Positions 28,371-42,547 of a stretch of DNA of 64,000 bases are shown here, piece by piece (the stretch's first letter is position 1; each line of letters begins with the position of its first letter). The notes below the pieces were generated by a model. That model had not been told where the DNA came from. It searched no databases and saw only the letters and a program-made list of their open reading frames with translations. Source of the DNA: Bugula neritina (lineage: Eukaryota > Animalia > Bryozoa); NCBI GenBank assembly GCA_964035545.1, contig OZ037767.1, positions 24,258,628 to 24,322,627 on the forward strand. Direction: 5' to 3'. Position numbers and translations under genes: made by a program.

Positions 28371-31300
28371 TGAAGAGTCACGTTCCAGTAGAGGGCCTCA
28401 AAGTTGAACTTGTTATCGGATCATACTACCAAGTCTTGTATGGGTACGAGTTGAAAGAATCAAATAACAAGGTAGAACTTGATGTTTCGTTTACTAATAA
28501 TACTCACTGCGGGTCAGTCCGATCATTGGCAGTCTCTTCAAATAAACTACTAGCATCTGGTTCAACTGATGAAAATATTCAGCTCTTCGATCTGAAATCT
28601 AGATATGAGGCTGGGACGTTAATGAAGCATAGTGGCACTATTACAGACATCGAGTTTTATAATGAGTTTATGATATCTTGTGATGATTCTGGCATTATAT
28701 GTATCTGGAAAGTGCTTGGCAAGTCGTTTGAATGTATGAAAACGCTCTCCGGTCATAAGGGATCAGTTGCAAGCCTTTCTGTTCACCCTTCTGGCAAGAT
28801 ACTGCTATCTGTTGGGCAAGACAAGACTCTGCGTACTTGGAATTTAGTAACAGCTAAACGAGCTTATACTACAAACACTCCTTCTATGATAGACATTGTG
28901 CGTTGGTCTCCTGATGGGGAAAAATACATTCTTTGCTACAATGGAAAAATTGATATTTGTTCTATGGCTAAAGCTGCTTCTTTACATACAATTAAGTTAC
29001 CTGGAAGAGGCCATTCTTTAGATTTTGTGTTCAGTGAAATTTTTGCTGTCGGGTGTGAAAATGGTCTGTTAGTTTTTGTGAACGTCAACTCTGGTGTAAT
29101 CATTCATGAATACAAGACTGCAAGCAACAGAATAAAATGTGTTAGTGCTCACGAGTTAGACGACTGTAAATCCCTTCTTGCTCTAGCTACAAATGATGGG
29201 GTGGTTGAATTGTTGCTAATAAGTCACAATCTTGGCAAAGTCTCTACTTCTCTTATTGCTGCTACCAAACATGATTTAAGACCCATATGCCTTCAGCTGG
29301 TTGTAAATACGTATGAGGAGGAAAATAAAGAGGACAAGCCTACATTGGTGTCTACAGTAAGTAATTTAGTGCAGTTTTTAATTTGTGTTGTACCCCTAAA
29401 TCATTCAAAATGATAAAATAGCAAGGCAAAGTTTGGCATTTTTCAAATGTGTTCAGCTAATAAAAAATTTTGCATTTTTTACCTCAAGCTATATAAAAAA
29501 AGTATGGTTAATATTACAAATGTTCATTAGAAGTGCCGAAGAATAAAACAGTGTGATATGTTTTTCAATAGAAAATTTTAATTAAGCCCAATGTTTTGTG
29601 TAGTAAGCACATACTTCTGTTTAGCACATCAAATATTAGTCTACACTATAGATATTATATCATAAGATTATCCATTACTTGTATTTTATGTTTGACTTTG
29701 TGTTGTTTTAGGGTTGTGAAAAAGCTGTTGAGAAGGAGGCTGACAAGGAGCTGGATACTTCAATAGATGATCAGAAGGATGTTGCTGTCACAGGTGAGTG
29801 AGTGGAGTTGAATATAACCTTGAACTTCAAACAATTTTATATACCTTTTTATTGGATCAGCTGTGTTATACTCTGGCAACTTTCAGAATTAAGTTAAGGT
29901 AGAGAAAACGCTTGTTAGTTTTTCTATACTGTAGTGAATTAATGACATCTATAATTTTTATACATTTAAAACAATTTTTTATATGCAAATTGGTAGGTAA
30001 AATCCTTAACTTGTTGAATAATTTTTGTACCTGCTAATGACAATAATTTAAGTTCAAAATTAGTACTTACCCTTAAAATATTAAATTGTAATTATATATT
30101 AATGTCACAACTGTTACTTATAATATAATGTCATCTGTTTTATGTTAGTTAAATAGCATGCTAATAGCACTTTCCTTAAGATACTGACAAAATGCAGTAT
30201 GAACAGAAAGCTGAAAATAGCAACATGTGTATAGTTGGTTAACAGAGCACATCAAAATGTATAATTCATTAAACTGAATGTTCACCTAGAAGTATGTGCA
30301 CTGTGCTTTCATCAATATTTGTAAAAAGAACTTGGGGAGTTATCTTTTTCAGGTGTTCTAAAACCGCCCACTTATAAAATGGTGCAACATAAACTTAATA
30401 TAGATTTATAATGTATTAAAGGTATTTTTTGTGTTCCATAGTGCACATGTTGGAGTCTAATTTATTATGTATGAACATTATTATAACACTGTCACTGCTA
30501 TATTTATGCTCTGATTTTATTTTCACCAATTTAATGTTATCTCCTTATTTATTTCATTATAACTATTATCAATTGCTATGACTTATATTATAAATAAAAA
30601 TTAGGTTTATTATATTAATAATATATATTATTGTGTTGAGTTTCCGCACTTATTCTAGTATCCACGCTGACTTTGGAACTGCAGCAACCTTCACCTTTTC
30701 CTTTTTTTAGTTTCAAACTCAACGTACATTGCTCCCTCTATATCTCACTAAGCTTTGGGTTCAAAACCTCACTTTGTGACAGTAGAATATCATATTCAAC
30801 TCACGGATCCGTTAAATTCCTGTTAAATATTCTTATACACACATGATGTGTAAGCTACAAGACAGGGTCCAAGCCCTTCTCGTGACTTATGGAATTTTGT
30901 GAGAACCATGAGATACGGAGGGAGCATTGTATATGATTCTATGTTGACTACTGTCCCAGTGCTTGAGGGGTGCTGCATTTACTGGTGTCTTATATATCTT
31001 TCTTAGCACTCTTGTCAATTCCTGCCACTTCTCCATCCTCCACTTTACTTTGTTCTGAACTCTCTGGCTATCCTATTTTATGACATCCTATTGGCTAACC
31101 AAGTGTAGTCTCCTCTCACCTTGCTAGCCTGCCTCTACTAAACAACTCCACTGGGTTCTCCAACGCTCTTTGTGGTTTTAGCAGTGGTGTGTGTAGTGTA
31201 GTGGGTTACAATTTTGATTATATTTCAGACAGTATTTTATTATTGCAGTATTACTGGCCCTCACTCTACTTAATTGTTGATATTCTATTATATGTTATCT

Positions 31301-34300
31301 TGTTCTGTTAAAGTTTAATACCTCAGTGAAATTTTATTACCTAAAAGTTGCTATTCAAGTAACTGTATAATTTTATATTTTGATAGTAAGATGACTCATG
31401 TTTCATAGGTAATAGATTGTAAAAATATGCACCAATGAAATTCCCTGGAATTAAAGTTACCAGGAACCTGAAATATTGGCAACTGTGCTACAGTTCCTTG
31501 ATCAGCTTTTAGTTTTCTGTTTTAAAATTTTATTATTTTTATTATTCTATTGAGGCTAAAGATAGATTACAAAGATGATAGTAATACATAAATAGTTTTT
31601 ATTGAAAGTTGCATTTAAACTAACATCATTGGCGTTTTATAACAGGAATAAGACTTAAATGATTGTTATAGCAATCAAGGTGAAGTGTTTTACACTCTAA
31701 CTTGGTAGAAGTAGCTCACTGTCTTTCCATGATTCAGATTTGCACAATTCTATCCTGTTCAATAGTTGAACTTCATGATTTAGAAATAACACAATGATGG
31801 AGCAACTGTGTTGTCAGGCTAACCATTGAAACTCAGTCTCCCTATAGGCATCGCCAATAATAACAAATTGCTTTTGCATTTCATAAGACATCAAGGTTTT
31901 TTTGCAAGAGTTTATGTAGAAGTCACAGCTCCACATTTTAGTTTTTTATATCATATCTAGTTTGCCTAAGAAAGGTTGAAGCCTGAAGCTTCTTAGAATT
32001 GTTATCATAATGTACTGGAGGATGTTTTTTTATTTATGCTTACTATAAATTATGTACACACAACATATTCACATCTCTTAATTAAATAAATGCCTGTAAG
32101 TACATAGAAAGTTCACCTACAATGTCAGTAAGTTCCGTATGTTGCAATAGCTGTACTACTTGGCATACTGTGTTTAGTGTTGACTTGCTTGATTTATTGT
32201 TTATTTTTTGTGTCCATTCATCTTTTATCTGGACCTGTTAATCATTATACTGTACATACTCACTACACTAAGTGTTCCTATCATTTCGTCTTGCATTAAT
32301 GTTGATTTATTCAGTTGTAAACAACTGTTTACTTATTTAATGTTTTTCTGATTCTCCTATCATCTTTAATTTATTATTACTGCCAGCATTACACAGGCTA
32401 CACACAGTACACATTATTGCGTACTGTTCATACGTACAGTTGGTGCGTGACGGAACACATTAGAGTTTATATCCTGCTTGGTTACCCAATAGGGATCAGT
32501 TCAGTTATTATAAAGTAGTAATGATTACAAGCTACGTCACAGTTACATACTATAAATACTGGTGTTGTGGTAAGGAGCGTCATTGTATTACCACATCTAA
32601 CGTAACCCTGTTAGTAAGAGCTGTCTTTAATTTTCAAGCAGTAAAAAGTAAAGTTGTCAAGAAAAGGAAAAAGTCCCTTTCCGAAGAAAACATGAGTGAC
32701 CATTGTATGGATAAAATTAAGAAGATGATTGGTGGAAAAGGCAAAGACTCAAAATCAGATGCCGATCCTGTACATAACAAACACAAAGTAAGTTAGAAAT
32801 GGTTATTTGATACCACAGTTTGACTAATTTGTTTGGGAATTCCTTTCTAGCCAAAATTAACTTCAACTAGATAGGGTGTTTCTGAGCTACTGCTGGACTA
32901 TTTGTACACAGTTCTGGTAGCACTTGTATCCAATAGTAAGCAGTTACCTGGAAAACAGTATTTAGTAGGCAAACCTGGTCATCTTTGCAGCATTGTTGTT
33001 AGCCTAAAGGCAAAGGTGTTCAAAGATCTCATGCAAACAAGTAGGCATAGCAAATATTTTAGTTTGAGTATGTGGGTTGAAAATCTGGAGATAATATAAC
33101 TTTCACGGATATTGCTCATCTACAAATTTTTTCTCATTTTTTCATTGCTGCACCTACTCCGGTATTTTGGTTTGCAATATTATCTCTTGGAGCTAATAAA
33201 GAGAGTTAAGATGTCTCAATGTAAAACCACACGCTGACTATTTTCATTTTGTTCACATTCATTTGCTATTTCAAGTTAATTTGGTGCTCTCTCTTTGTAA
33301 ATGCAGCTAAAATTTCTTACATGCCAAGAGTCCGATACTTTTTCCTATTCACAGAGATTTGTGACCAGCCAACTTTTCACTAGTTTTTCTCTGATCTCAA
33401 CCTTCTATTTAGAGAAAAGCTGATTAGTTCTCTGTTCAGTGTTTGATTTAGTAATAATTCTCAATTTTTATAATCCATCATCATCTTTATATAACCAAAT
33501 GGTACTACCAGCTACTATAGTTAAGCTAATGGCCTCAGATGTGGTATTTTAATTACTTCAACTTGATGTTCATCTTGGCAAAATCTATGCGTGTCAGGAA
33601 GATACCTGTCAGGAAGATGAATGCTGTAGCAGGAACGTTTAGGTGCTGGTGTATAAAACCTAGAGTGGCAGCAGCCATCATCATTTCCTGCTGCCTGGAT
33701 GCCTTATCAATACCAAATAATGTATAATCTAATAATAATTACTGCATAATGAATACCAGTAGGTATTCTTTTATGCATTGGTTACCTAACTTAATCAAAA
33801 CAGCCTCCCAATATTATTTAATTTCCAAGAGTATTTTGTTGGTGAACATATAAGGGTAGTGCATCAGTAAATGTGAAATACGATAGGTAATTGGTTCCAG
33901 ACCCGTATAAATAATCAGTTATTTCCAGTTCAATTCCTGGCTTTTGTTGGTATGGCAGACATTGCGATGCAACACTAACTCTTTCACTAAACTAAACTTT
34001 GAGTTTGGCAAGGAGCCAAATATTTCAGTTACTATTTGTAATCATGGCTATAGGCTTCATTTCTCATGTTAAATTTATATCTTGTAATTTGGAGTTGGCA
34101 ACTATATGTTGATTTTTAAAATGACAATATTTTACCTACTTGGACTGCCAAAAAATAAACCAGAGCTCTCAGTTATTTCTCTGTTCTTTACTTTATTGAA
34201 TTCACTTGAATATTTTATCTGCAAAAATTAAGAAAACTCAAAAACACAGCGCCCTTCAATTTTTTGTGAGTTTTGATTGAGGTGATAAGTTGAATCTAAT

Positions 34301-35012
34301 ACAGGAACATAGCTTACTTTTCAAAGAGAAATTTTAGAACCGTATTTCAAGCTCAAAAATGTAAGACAGCCATTTTTAGTAATGTTAGAGAATGGTCTAC
34401 TGCTGGATATAAAATGGTTTTTTTTTCAAATTTCTGTCTCAAGAAATCTCTCTCTGGTCTTGTAAAGTCAGTATCTCTCTTCTCTCCACAGTTGGCTAGG
34501 TACTGCCCAGGGTATGGGATAGGATATCTGTCTATTAATCTCAAGTTAATGTTGCTTTAATGGGCCATCAAGTATATATAACAGCAAATTATTGCAACTA
34601 AGTAATCTTATAAGAAGTATTACAGCTATTCATGCATTGAGCTGTACTGTAAATTTTACTATAATATACTATACACCTTATACTCTTTCTATATACTATA
34701 CACTACCTACATGTTATACACTCTATACTCTGTCTATATACTCTATACTATACCATGCATATATGCTACACACCTTATACTCTGTCTATGTACTCTACAC
34801 TATATACATGCTATACACTCTATACTCTGTCTGTATACTATACACTACACACATGCTATACACTCTACACACTCTCTATATACGCCATATTATATTTTTA
34901 GAAACACATGAAACCAGTGGACAGTGTGAAGATAACTAAACAGAAATTCTCTAACCCAAAGAAGCAGCACGCCAAACACCATGATCAGCACATAGCTGAG
35001 GAATCTGACTAG
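28358..35012 (+). CDS. PAK1IP1: p21-activated kinase-interacting protein 1 (Mak11-like WD40, 60S biogenesis), about 446 aa, 4 exons
   Basis: Exons 28358-29356, 29712-29793, 32639-32787, 34902-35012. Motifs ELVIGSYYQVLYG, THCGSVRSLAVS, LASGSTDENIQLFD, LSVHPSGKILLSVGQDKTLRTWNL; Lys-rich tail. The tail exons are less certain than exon 1. Confidence 0.9.
30634..31210 (-). mobile_element. Solo LTR-like element containing a nested MITE
   Basis: Minus strand TGTAACCC...CTCAACA with CCAAT, TATATAAG and AATAAG in order; flanks attg/attt give only an imperfect TSD. Confidence 0.4.
30727..30929. mobile_element. MITE family B (Tc1/mariner pogo/Tigger-like), copy 1
   Basis: TA|cattgctccctctatatctca ... 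tgagatacggagggagcattg|TA inverted repeats with TA flanks; homologous to 36794-37013. Confidence 0.75.
34660..34885. repeat. Degenerate minisatellite (ctatacactctatactctgt-type units)
   Basis: Periodic units just upstream of the last PAK1IP1 exon. Confidence 0.8.
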
Positions 35013-36793
35013 TAGCGTGACATCACTTCCTGTATATTACACTAGGCTCATTACTACCTGCTATCATTTGTGCTGCGAAGTCTGCCAGTTGTGTGACACT
35101 GCCAGTTGTGTGCTGCTCCCAAGATGTCTCACTTTTACTAGAAGTAAAGCTGACCAATCACAGAGCAGCTGGTCACTGGACTCCTGTTTCTAAGAAGAGT
35201 TGTGACTGCAGGGCTGATCAAGTCTAACTATATTATATAATATAATACATAATATATAATTTATATAATGTATATTATATAATATAATATATTATATAAT
35301 ATATATCTCACTAAACTCTCTGCTAGGTTATTGCTGACAAAAATGTTATGAAATGCACATTATTATTTAATTGTAAACTGTACTTGTATATTATGAAGTT
35401 GTTATATAATATGCCATAGTAATCCTTTTATAATATCTTATATTGTGTTACAAATTATTATACAACCAGCATTGTGAAATGAAAAAATTGGCTGGGAATA
35501 CTATTCTGTATATATATGTAATTGGCTATAATTGTTGTTGCGATTCCAGAATGATTTGTATTGGCTAATAAAGTTTTCTAAGTCAAAATTACCTCTGATT
35601 TATTGATAGTTATAAAACTGAGAACTAGAAATCATAATAGTATACTCTCTACAGTCTACACTGTACACCCTTCTACCAGCTGCACTTATTCACAGCTTTT
35701 CCACTTTTCCATGGTTTAGATGCCGAAGAGGTGAAAGATGCAGCCAATGCGCAACATGAGTTAAGCAGTTTTCAATGACAAGTGTTTATAGATGCTGACA
35801 TGCTCATGTTTGAAACTCTTATGGTCACGTAGTTTGATGAAAGTAACTGACTAAAAGCTTTAGTTAAAATGAATATTTTCACTAATATATTATTTTAGTC
35901 GTTGTGATGTAATGGAATAGTAGGGAAGACGTTTTCATCAGTTTTACACGTTCTGTCTGTACTGCTAACCAATGTTAAAACCCATAAGCACCAGTGGTAA
36001 ATCCCAACTTGTTCTGTATATGGTTAGCTTTCTCTAGCATATACTATGCAGAGCTAGACTTATTTTCAAGTAGAGTTGCCTTCTCTTGCACATTATGCTT
36101 GCCTCTATAGTCTATAACATGTAAACTGACAGGTTTGCAGTCACTAGCTTAGTTAGTTGGTAGCCTAATAAATTTCATGCTTCAGCTTCAGGATTATATA
36201 CATTCAGCTACAAATAACTATTGCATATTCTCATACTTATTTTACAAACCACTAGAGCAGTTATCTGCTCTCTGGAGACCTGCATGCAATTAAAATAAAT
36301 TTTGTCCTAGCAAATAGCTGTTGCATATTCATAAACTTAAATATTGAGCAGTTCATTAATACTCAATATATATTATTGTGTTCAAGGCTGTGGAGATATA
36401 AGCATAATTTGTAGTGGAACTTTTTTGTGTTATCCATGCTTAGTAAATTCATTATTCTTCTCATTGACACAAGCAATATAGTGTATTCACTTTTAAATGG
36501 TGTATAATGCACAATATCACAAACATTAAGTATATTATAGTGTTTTATAGAGATAATAAATCAAGTTGGAGTAAAGCAGACGGTTCTGGTATGGACATGT
36601 ATGTTTGAGATGTAGGATCTCTTGAGATGTACTAAATTGAATTAGGAAGGTATTAGACACTGCTATGGGAAAAAGGTTCATAGAATCTGATGCATGTTGC
36701 ATTCAATTTACTTCATACTCCACAGCATTTACATAATCAACTGCTAATGTAACAACATCTGACATTCTTCTAATTATGCTATGGGTGCACATG

Positions 36794-37013
36794 CAGTGCT
36801 CCCTCCATATCTCACTACGCTCATGGGAGGGGGTCCGAAACCTCAATTCGTGATATAGTAGAATATCAGATTTAACTCACGGATCTGTTAAGCTCAGCTA
36901 TATTGTCCCTATACACACATAAATAGGCCATAAAATGGGGGTTCAAGCCCTTCTCGTGACCTCTGGAATTCTGTGAGAAATGGAATCCTGAGATGCATGA
37001 AGAGGGAGCACTG
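36794..37013. mobile_element. MITE family B, copy 2
   Basis: TIRs cagtgctccctc ... gagggagcactg; shared internal tagtagaatatca...aactcacggatc and caagcccttctcgtgac. Confidence 0.75.
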
Positions 37014-37465
37014 AACATCCGATGATTTGAATTATTTACCAACTTTGCATGTTTTCTGTATCTTTTTCTCATAGATATTACTACCTCTCATTTAATAGCT
37101 TCACTGGAGAGCTGAAGCTTTAAAAATTATAGTTTTTACCATCACTATAAGCAGGAGTTATAAACACAGTAGCTCCTATAGAATAGAAGTTAATAATCAT
37201 AAACCATCATTTCTAATCGGTCTACTGTATGATCCTGATACCTAATTTAAATTAATCTTGGATTAAATAACCCTTTGTTGACCAGTTGTGTTGATCTTTA
37301 ATGACATTTGTGTAACGGAATATGTTTGTATGAACAATCACATCAAATATTGTTCTGTACATAATGGAGCTATATTGGAATAGAGAAACTCTATCTAAAC
37401 TCAACAGATGAAGTTTTATATTGATCACCTCATCTTACACTGGAACAGTGATCCAACCTGTAGTC

Positions 37466-40400
37466 ATGTCACGGCCTGCTGTTACAGTTAGTATACTTGA
37501 AGAGACGAACCATGAACCTTTCAGGTATGTTGAGCTAATACCTCCAAGCTGAAAGTTGCGTTGAGGTAGGTGTAGTAATGGAGAAATTGAGAAAGCCTGC
37601 GTTCTAGATTAAAAATGTAGCAAAAGAAGCTATGTTCTCGGAAAAATTTCAACCTGCATCCCAAACCAAAATCTAATAATAAAATTAAAGAACTTAGGCT
37701 ATCTCCATTTCTCCACTACTGCTCCTATAAATGGTTGTGTTTTCATTATTTTTTCGCAGCCTTTATTCTACTCTTACACTCTCATCTCATGATATAATCA
37801 AACCACTGCATTGATAAATTAACTTTACTGTCTATTAGCATTATAAAAACTGTTGCAAAGAGCTTTATTTATGTTATAGTCTGAACTGCTATTAGCTTGC
37901 ACTGACATATAATGAACAATTAAAAAGTAGATGAGCTATTTTTTATTATATACAAGGAAGGCATTGTGTACTGTTTCACTGTTAACAATCGATCATATAT
38001 GGTATACTTGGAAATAGTATTGAAGTGTATAACTTGTAGCGTTAATGAACAGTTGATTCTTGATAGATTATTTAGCTCTCAATTTCTGTTGATTGGGTCT
38101 TGAATTATGCTAACTTTGAAATTCTAAGCTCACAAATTATAAAAAGAAATCCCTGGTGCTCATAGCTGTATTCATGCTGTGTAACTTTGTCTGGTATTGT
38201 AGAAAACGCTCACCAAAGTTTACAAGAGATACAGATAGCCGGAGCCCCCTCTCCTCAGCGTCTAGACGAAGGGAGACTCTGCTACCACCCATTGAGTCCA
38301 ATGACCAGCAGATTTCTGTGGCAGCCCGAAACATCACCAGTATATTTGCTAAGGTGACCCAATGAACTGTGTTATTTAGTTGTTTTATTGTATATGTGTA
38401 GTTGATATGGTATTCATTATTGATAATTATTACATCTTATATGTATTGTACTAAATTATTTTAACATACAATATATTGTGATATATAGAGGCTATATTAT
38501 ATGCTGCTATCTGCTATTATAGCCTATTCACATATCATTATGGTTATTATAATGCATACAATGTAGTTACCAATAATAAATCGAATAAAACTATTTTTAT
38601 AATGCCATATGCCTTCATTAATTAAGGTTTCATATTGCCTACCTAAGATATACATAGGTGCTACACAGTATTATATTATTATATTGTATGCTGTACCTAT
38701 ATTATGCAATTTGATATTGCATTATATTGTCATACACGTTTCCAATAGTGTTAGGTTGTTACCTTTACATGTCCTTAAATTTGTATGCAGTAAGGTTATA
38801 GCTATGGCATGTAGAGTAGTGGAAAAGTTTCATAGAAGCCATTCTGACCACCTCTGGAGTTACCCTGCTTTTTATCTTGAATATAAATCATAAATTGAAA
38901 TTCCAGTTTCTCCAGCATCATACTACTATGAACCAAAGCCCACAAGAACTGCAGTTGCTGGTCTTAATATAGAAGGATGAAAAAATACCGTTTCAGAAGT
39001 AAAAAACATGTCTTGCAATTTCTTTAACAAAAATCTAAATCCACTTTACACTAAATTTACATTTTATTGTAAAAAGCTGTTCATTTTTTCGTTCAAACTT
39101 TCAAATGCAATTGCAACTATATTTTGAGCTGCCCATGTCACTACAAATAGACAAATACAGTAGCAGCCAGTTTCATTGTAATATTGTAACGCATGTCTAA
39201 TTGCCATACTCAAACAGACCTTAGCAAGTAAAGCTTCTTCCACAAGACCAAATGATGCATTGGCTCTGGGCGCATATGCATCCCTCCTTACCAACAAGTT
39301 TAAACGAAGGCAATCTCAGGCCGCAAGCTACAACTCTGCTTCCTCTTTAGTCCATCACCATCACCAGACTACCGAACTTCCCACATACAGACTGGGGCCA
39401 CTGTCTAAGCAGACTGTGAGGTAGGTGTTTCACAGGTACCAACGTACCAGTTGTCATGTTTTACGGCCTCAGATGTTTTTGACACTGTCATACACACTAT
39501 GATCACCTGCTGCAGCATGCCATGTTGAAGTAAAAATCGTTTGATTGGCCGATACAAGTTTGTGAAATTTAAACTAGATACTCCAATCAAAAGGATACTA
39601 AACATTAACATGTTTGCTAATACTGTTTAGTTAATTTCTCAATCTGATTGAACAAGTATTAACAAATAAATTAACAACATATGCTTAATCACAATATCTT
39701 TTGCCAAATCATGTTGACTCAATTTTGGCTTATTAAATCTACTTAACTGGTTTTAGCAGGCAATACTTGGCTGCATCATGAACCATGTGGCTGTGAGCTT
39801 AGCTTGTGGTGCTTATAATACTAAAAGAGTTTGATATACAGTTCATAGACTGTGTAGACTGTTTCCGGTTCTAGCAGTTTGAAAACATTCCTTAGCATTA
39901 AGCCTTAGTTTAGTGATCACAGTTAACTGATTGGGTAAATAAATCACTTTGAATATAATATTTGATTCTCAACATTAATGTTTGAGGGCTCATATTTTGT
40001 AGCTCTAACATTCACTTGAACTTAATTTTTATTCTACAAATGTTGCAGCTGAACAGAGTTGCTACTGATGCATCTACTCTATAATATTGCAGCTAATAAT
40101 GTTAGTACAAAAAACTAGTAGCCATGACCATAATTGGCCAATCATGTGCTGCCAAAAGTGATATATAATAAACAGACATAATTATATAACTGACCGACTA
40201 ATTAGCAGCTTCCGTATATCATGCCATGACATGTTTACAATGTGCATAGCTTGATTGTCTTTAAACATTTGCTCAGCTACCTATGGAGTGTTTAATGTGT
40301 TTGATTTACCATATACACTGTTGTCATAGGATCAGGTGTATAACGCTTCTCACTACTGATTTGAATGCCGTTTGTTAAGAGATAAGGAAATGACTCCCAA

Positions 40401-42547
40401 GAAGTTGCATTTAAGAACTTTAAAGTTCTTGTACTAACAACTAATATAGCTTTTCTTCTGGCCAGTGATGAGTTAATGTCAAATCTAGTCAAGCCAAATC
40501 ATTGGCCAACCAATCAAATCATGGTTCTGACCAATATTGAAAAAATGTTTCAAGACCATATGTCTGCTTCAACGGTGAACTTGACTTGAATTGACATGCA
40601 AATCTTGGAACATTCAGTAGGCTCATAAAGTGTCTCATAAAGTTTTATTACATTTTAAACTATTTTTATTATTTGGAATTTTACAAAAGTTTCAAAACAT
40701 GTCAAGGAAATGTTATTAAACCTTTCTTAAAGTGTTTTAAGTCACTTTAATAAAAATTTTCAAACAGGTCCAACAGACTTATTTTAAAATTAAACTCTAG
40801 CAAATTTCTGGACTTCAGAGTTTATTATGCTTATTTAAATCATATATTACTGAATATTTTTAAACTCACTCAAATACTCTAGAGTCTTGACATTGTTTAA
40901 TGAGATTCTAACCGACTCTTGTAGTATCGTAAGTTTCAACAATTGTGACAAATAAAACGGGCCACTACAGTGCATTATGCTTTAGGTACTAAATCATGAT
41001 GCTATATTTTAAAATATTCCATCATATCTTGGGGCTTCTATTAGAGTATACTATAAATGACATTTTTTGCCAAGTTCTGCAAAACACCTCTAATAGTCTA
41101 AGTTTTGTTTCATTACATATGGGTGGTGAAACATGGCCCATGTTATATTATGATGTGTACTACTCGTAGGTGGGCAAGATTACAGATTATGGTGGATTCT
41201 ATACTGACAGATTTCATAAACAGAGGTGTGTACAACAAGATCCGAGCATCTCATTCTGCTAAAAACATATCAGCTAACATCAAGACTCTGGCTAAGGAAT
41301 TAGGCTATTCCAAGAGGTAATACTTAGTATGTCAAACATTATATTTTAGACAACTTTGAACTCATAAAGCGTTCAAGATGACAAGCTGTGCATAAATATG
41401 ATATCAAACAAAATACTTATATATAACAAGTTGAACAGGGTGGGGAAGTATGTTTGTTCCCTATCTATAGCTACATTTAAAAAGTTGAAATCTAGGCTCT
41501 GTGAAAGTTGTTGTAGATAATTTTGCAGGAGCTGACAACTCATAAATATAACTAACCTCCCTGATTTTATTACAAATGCAATATTGGCTGAGTGACTTTT
41601 AAGCATCATTTGTATTTATATACTTTTCTATAAATTAAGTTCATAGCTGGAGTTAGTATTTTGCAATTTTAGAATCAAAGGTTTCCGTATTTTCCATATT
41701 CTAAAAGGACATCGCTATATTGCATCAAACACGCTGTTGCATGTTATTAACTAGGTAATCTTTTATAGATTTACTCTCATGACATCAAAAGTAATATTTT
41801 GAAGTAATAGGGTAAACATTTGGCTAAATAAAGTAATAATATAACTCATCAAACTTTATGACTAAGAAAGTTAAGCAAAGATAGGCAGTTATGAAACTTA
41901 TATATTATCGTTATGTAAACTTGATCTCAGAGTGTAAAATTGATTTAAGCTGTTGTCAAATAGCACTCAAATGACGCTGCCAGGTATAAGCCTAGGTTTT
42001 TGTTTTAACTAATTGTGTGTCTTGCTAATCAAGCATAATTGCGAATATAGGTTGTTGAAAAAGACTTGCTTCAAAATAATAAAGTAAAGCACAATGTAAT
42101 AACATTTTTTATTAATTTATTTGAAAATTTTTGTATTTAATAGCTATGGTATAAAAATTTGATCCCTTTAAAAAATGTAAAATTGGTACAAAATAATGAT
42201 TTTTTTCAAACTGTGACATATAATGAAGCCAAAATATGTTTTAAACAAAATGGACGCTATAGTATATGTATAGTGATTATACACCGAAATATATTGATAC
42301 AGTTTATATATACAATGAACTTATGTATAGCCTGTAATCATTGCAACTCTGATATAATATGTATACTCATAATATTGTTAGGTATAAAATGGTGGCCACT
42401 GTAGAGATTGGTCAGAACACGGGTCAAGAGTTCACCAGCTCTAGTAGATGTCTATGGAATACAGATCTCGATGGCTTTGTAACTTCTTATAAGAAGTGCC
42501 CAGCTGTGTTTATTGTCGCCACTTTGTATCTGGTGTACACAGACTGA
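37466..42547 (+). CDS. Tctex-1 domain dynein light chain (TCTEX1D1/DYNLT5-like), 241 aa, 5 exons
   Basis: Exons 37466-37524, 38203-38353, 39218-39420, 41170-41316, 42382-42547 (726 nt, in phase). PTYRLGP motif and C-terminal RYKMVATVEIGQNTGQEFTSSSRCLWNTDLDGF...VATLYLVYTD* match the Tctex-1 family. Confidence 0.85.
37567..37727 (+). mobile_element. MITE family A, copy 3 (complete)
   Basis: About 32-bp imperfect TIRs taggtgtagtaatggagaaattgagaaagcct / aggctatctccatttctccactactgctccta. Confidence 0.8.

Noticed and set aside
37512-38353. Alternative open frame from ATG 37512 through exon 2 of the Tctex gene
   Set aside because: Phase does not lead into the Tctex frame of exon 3; probably a chance overlap.
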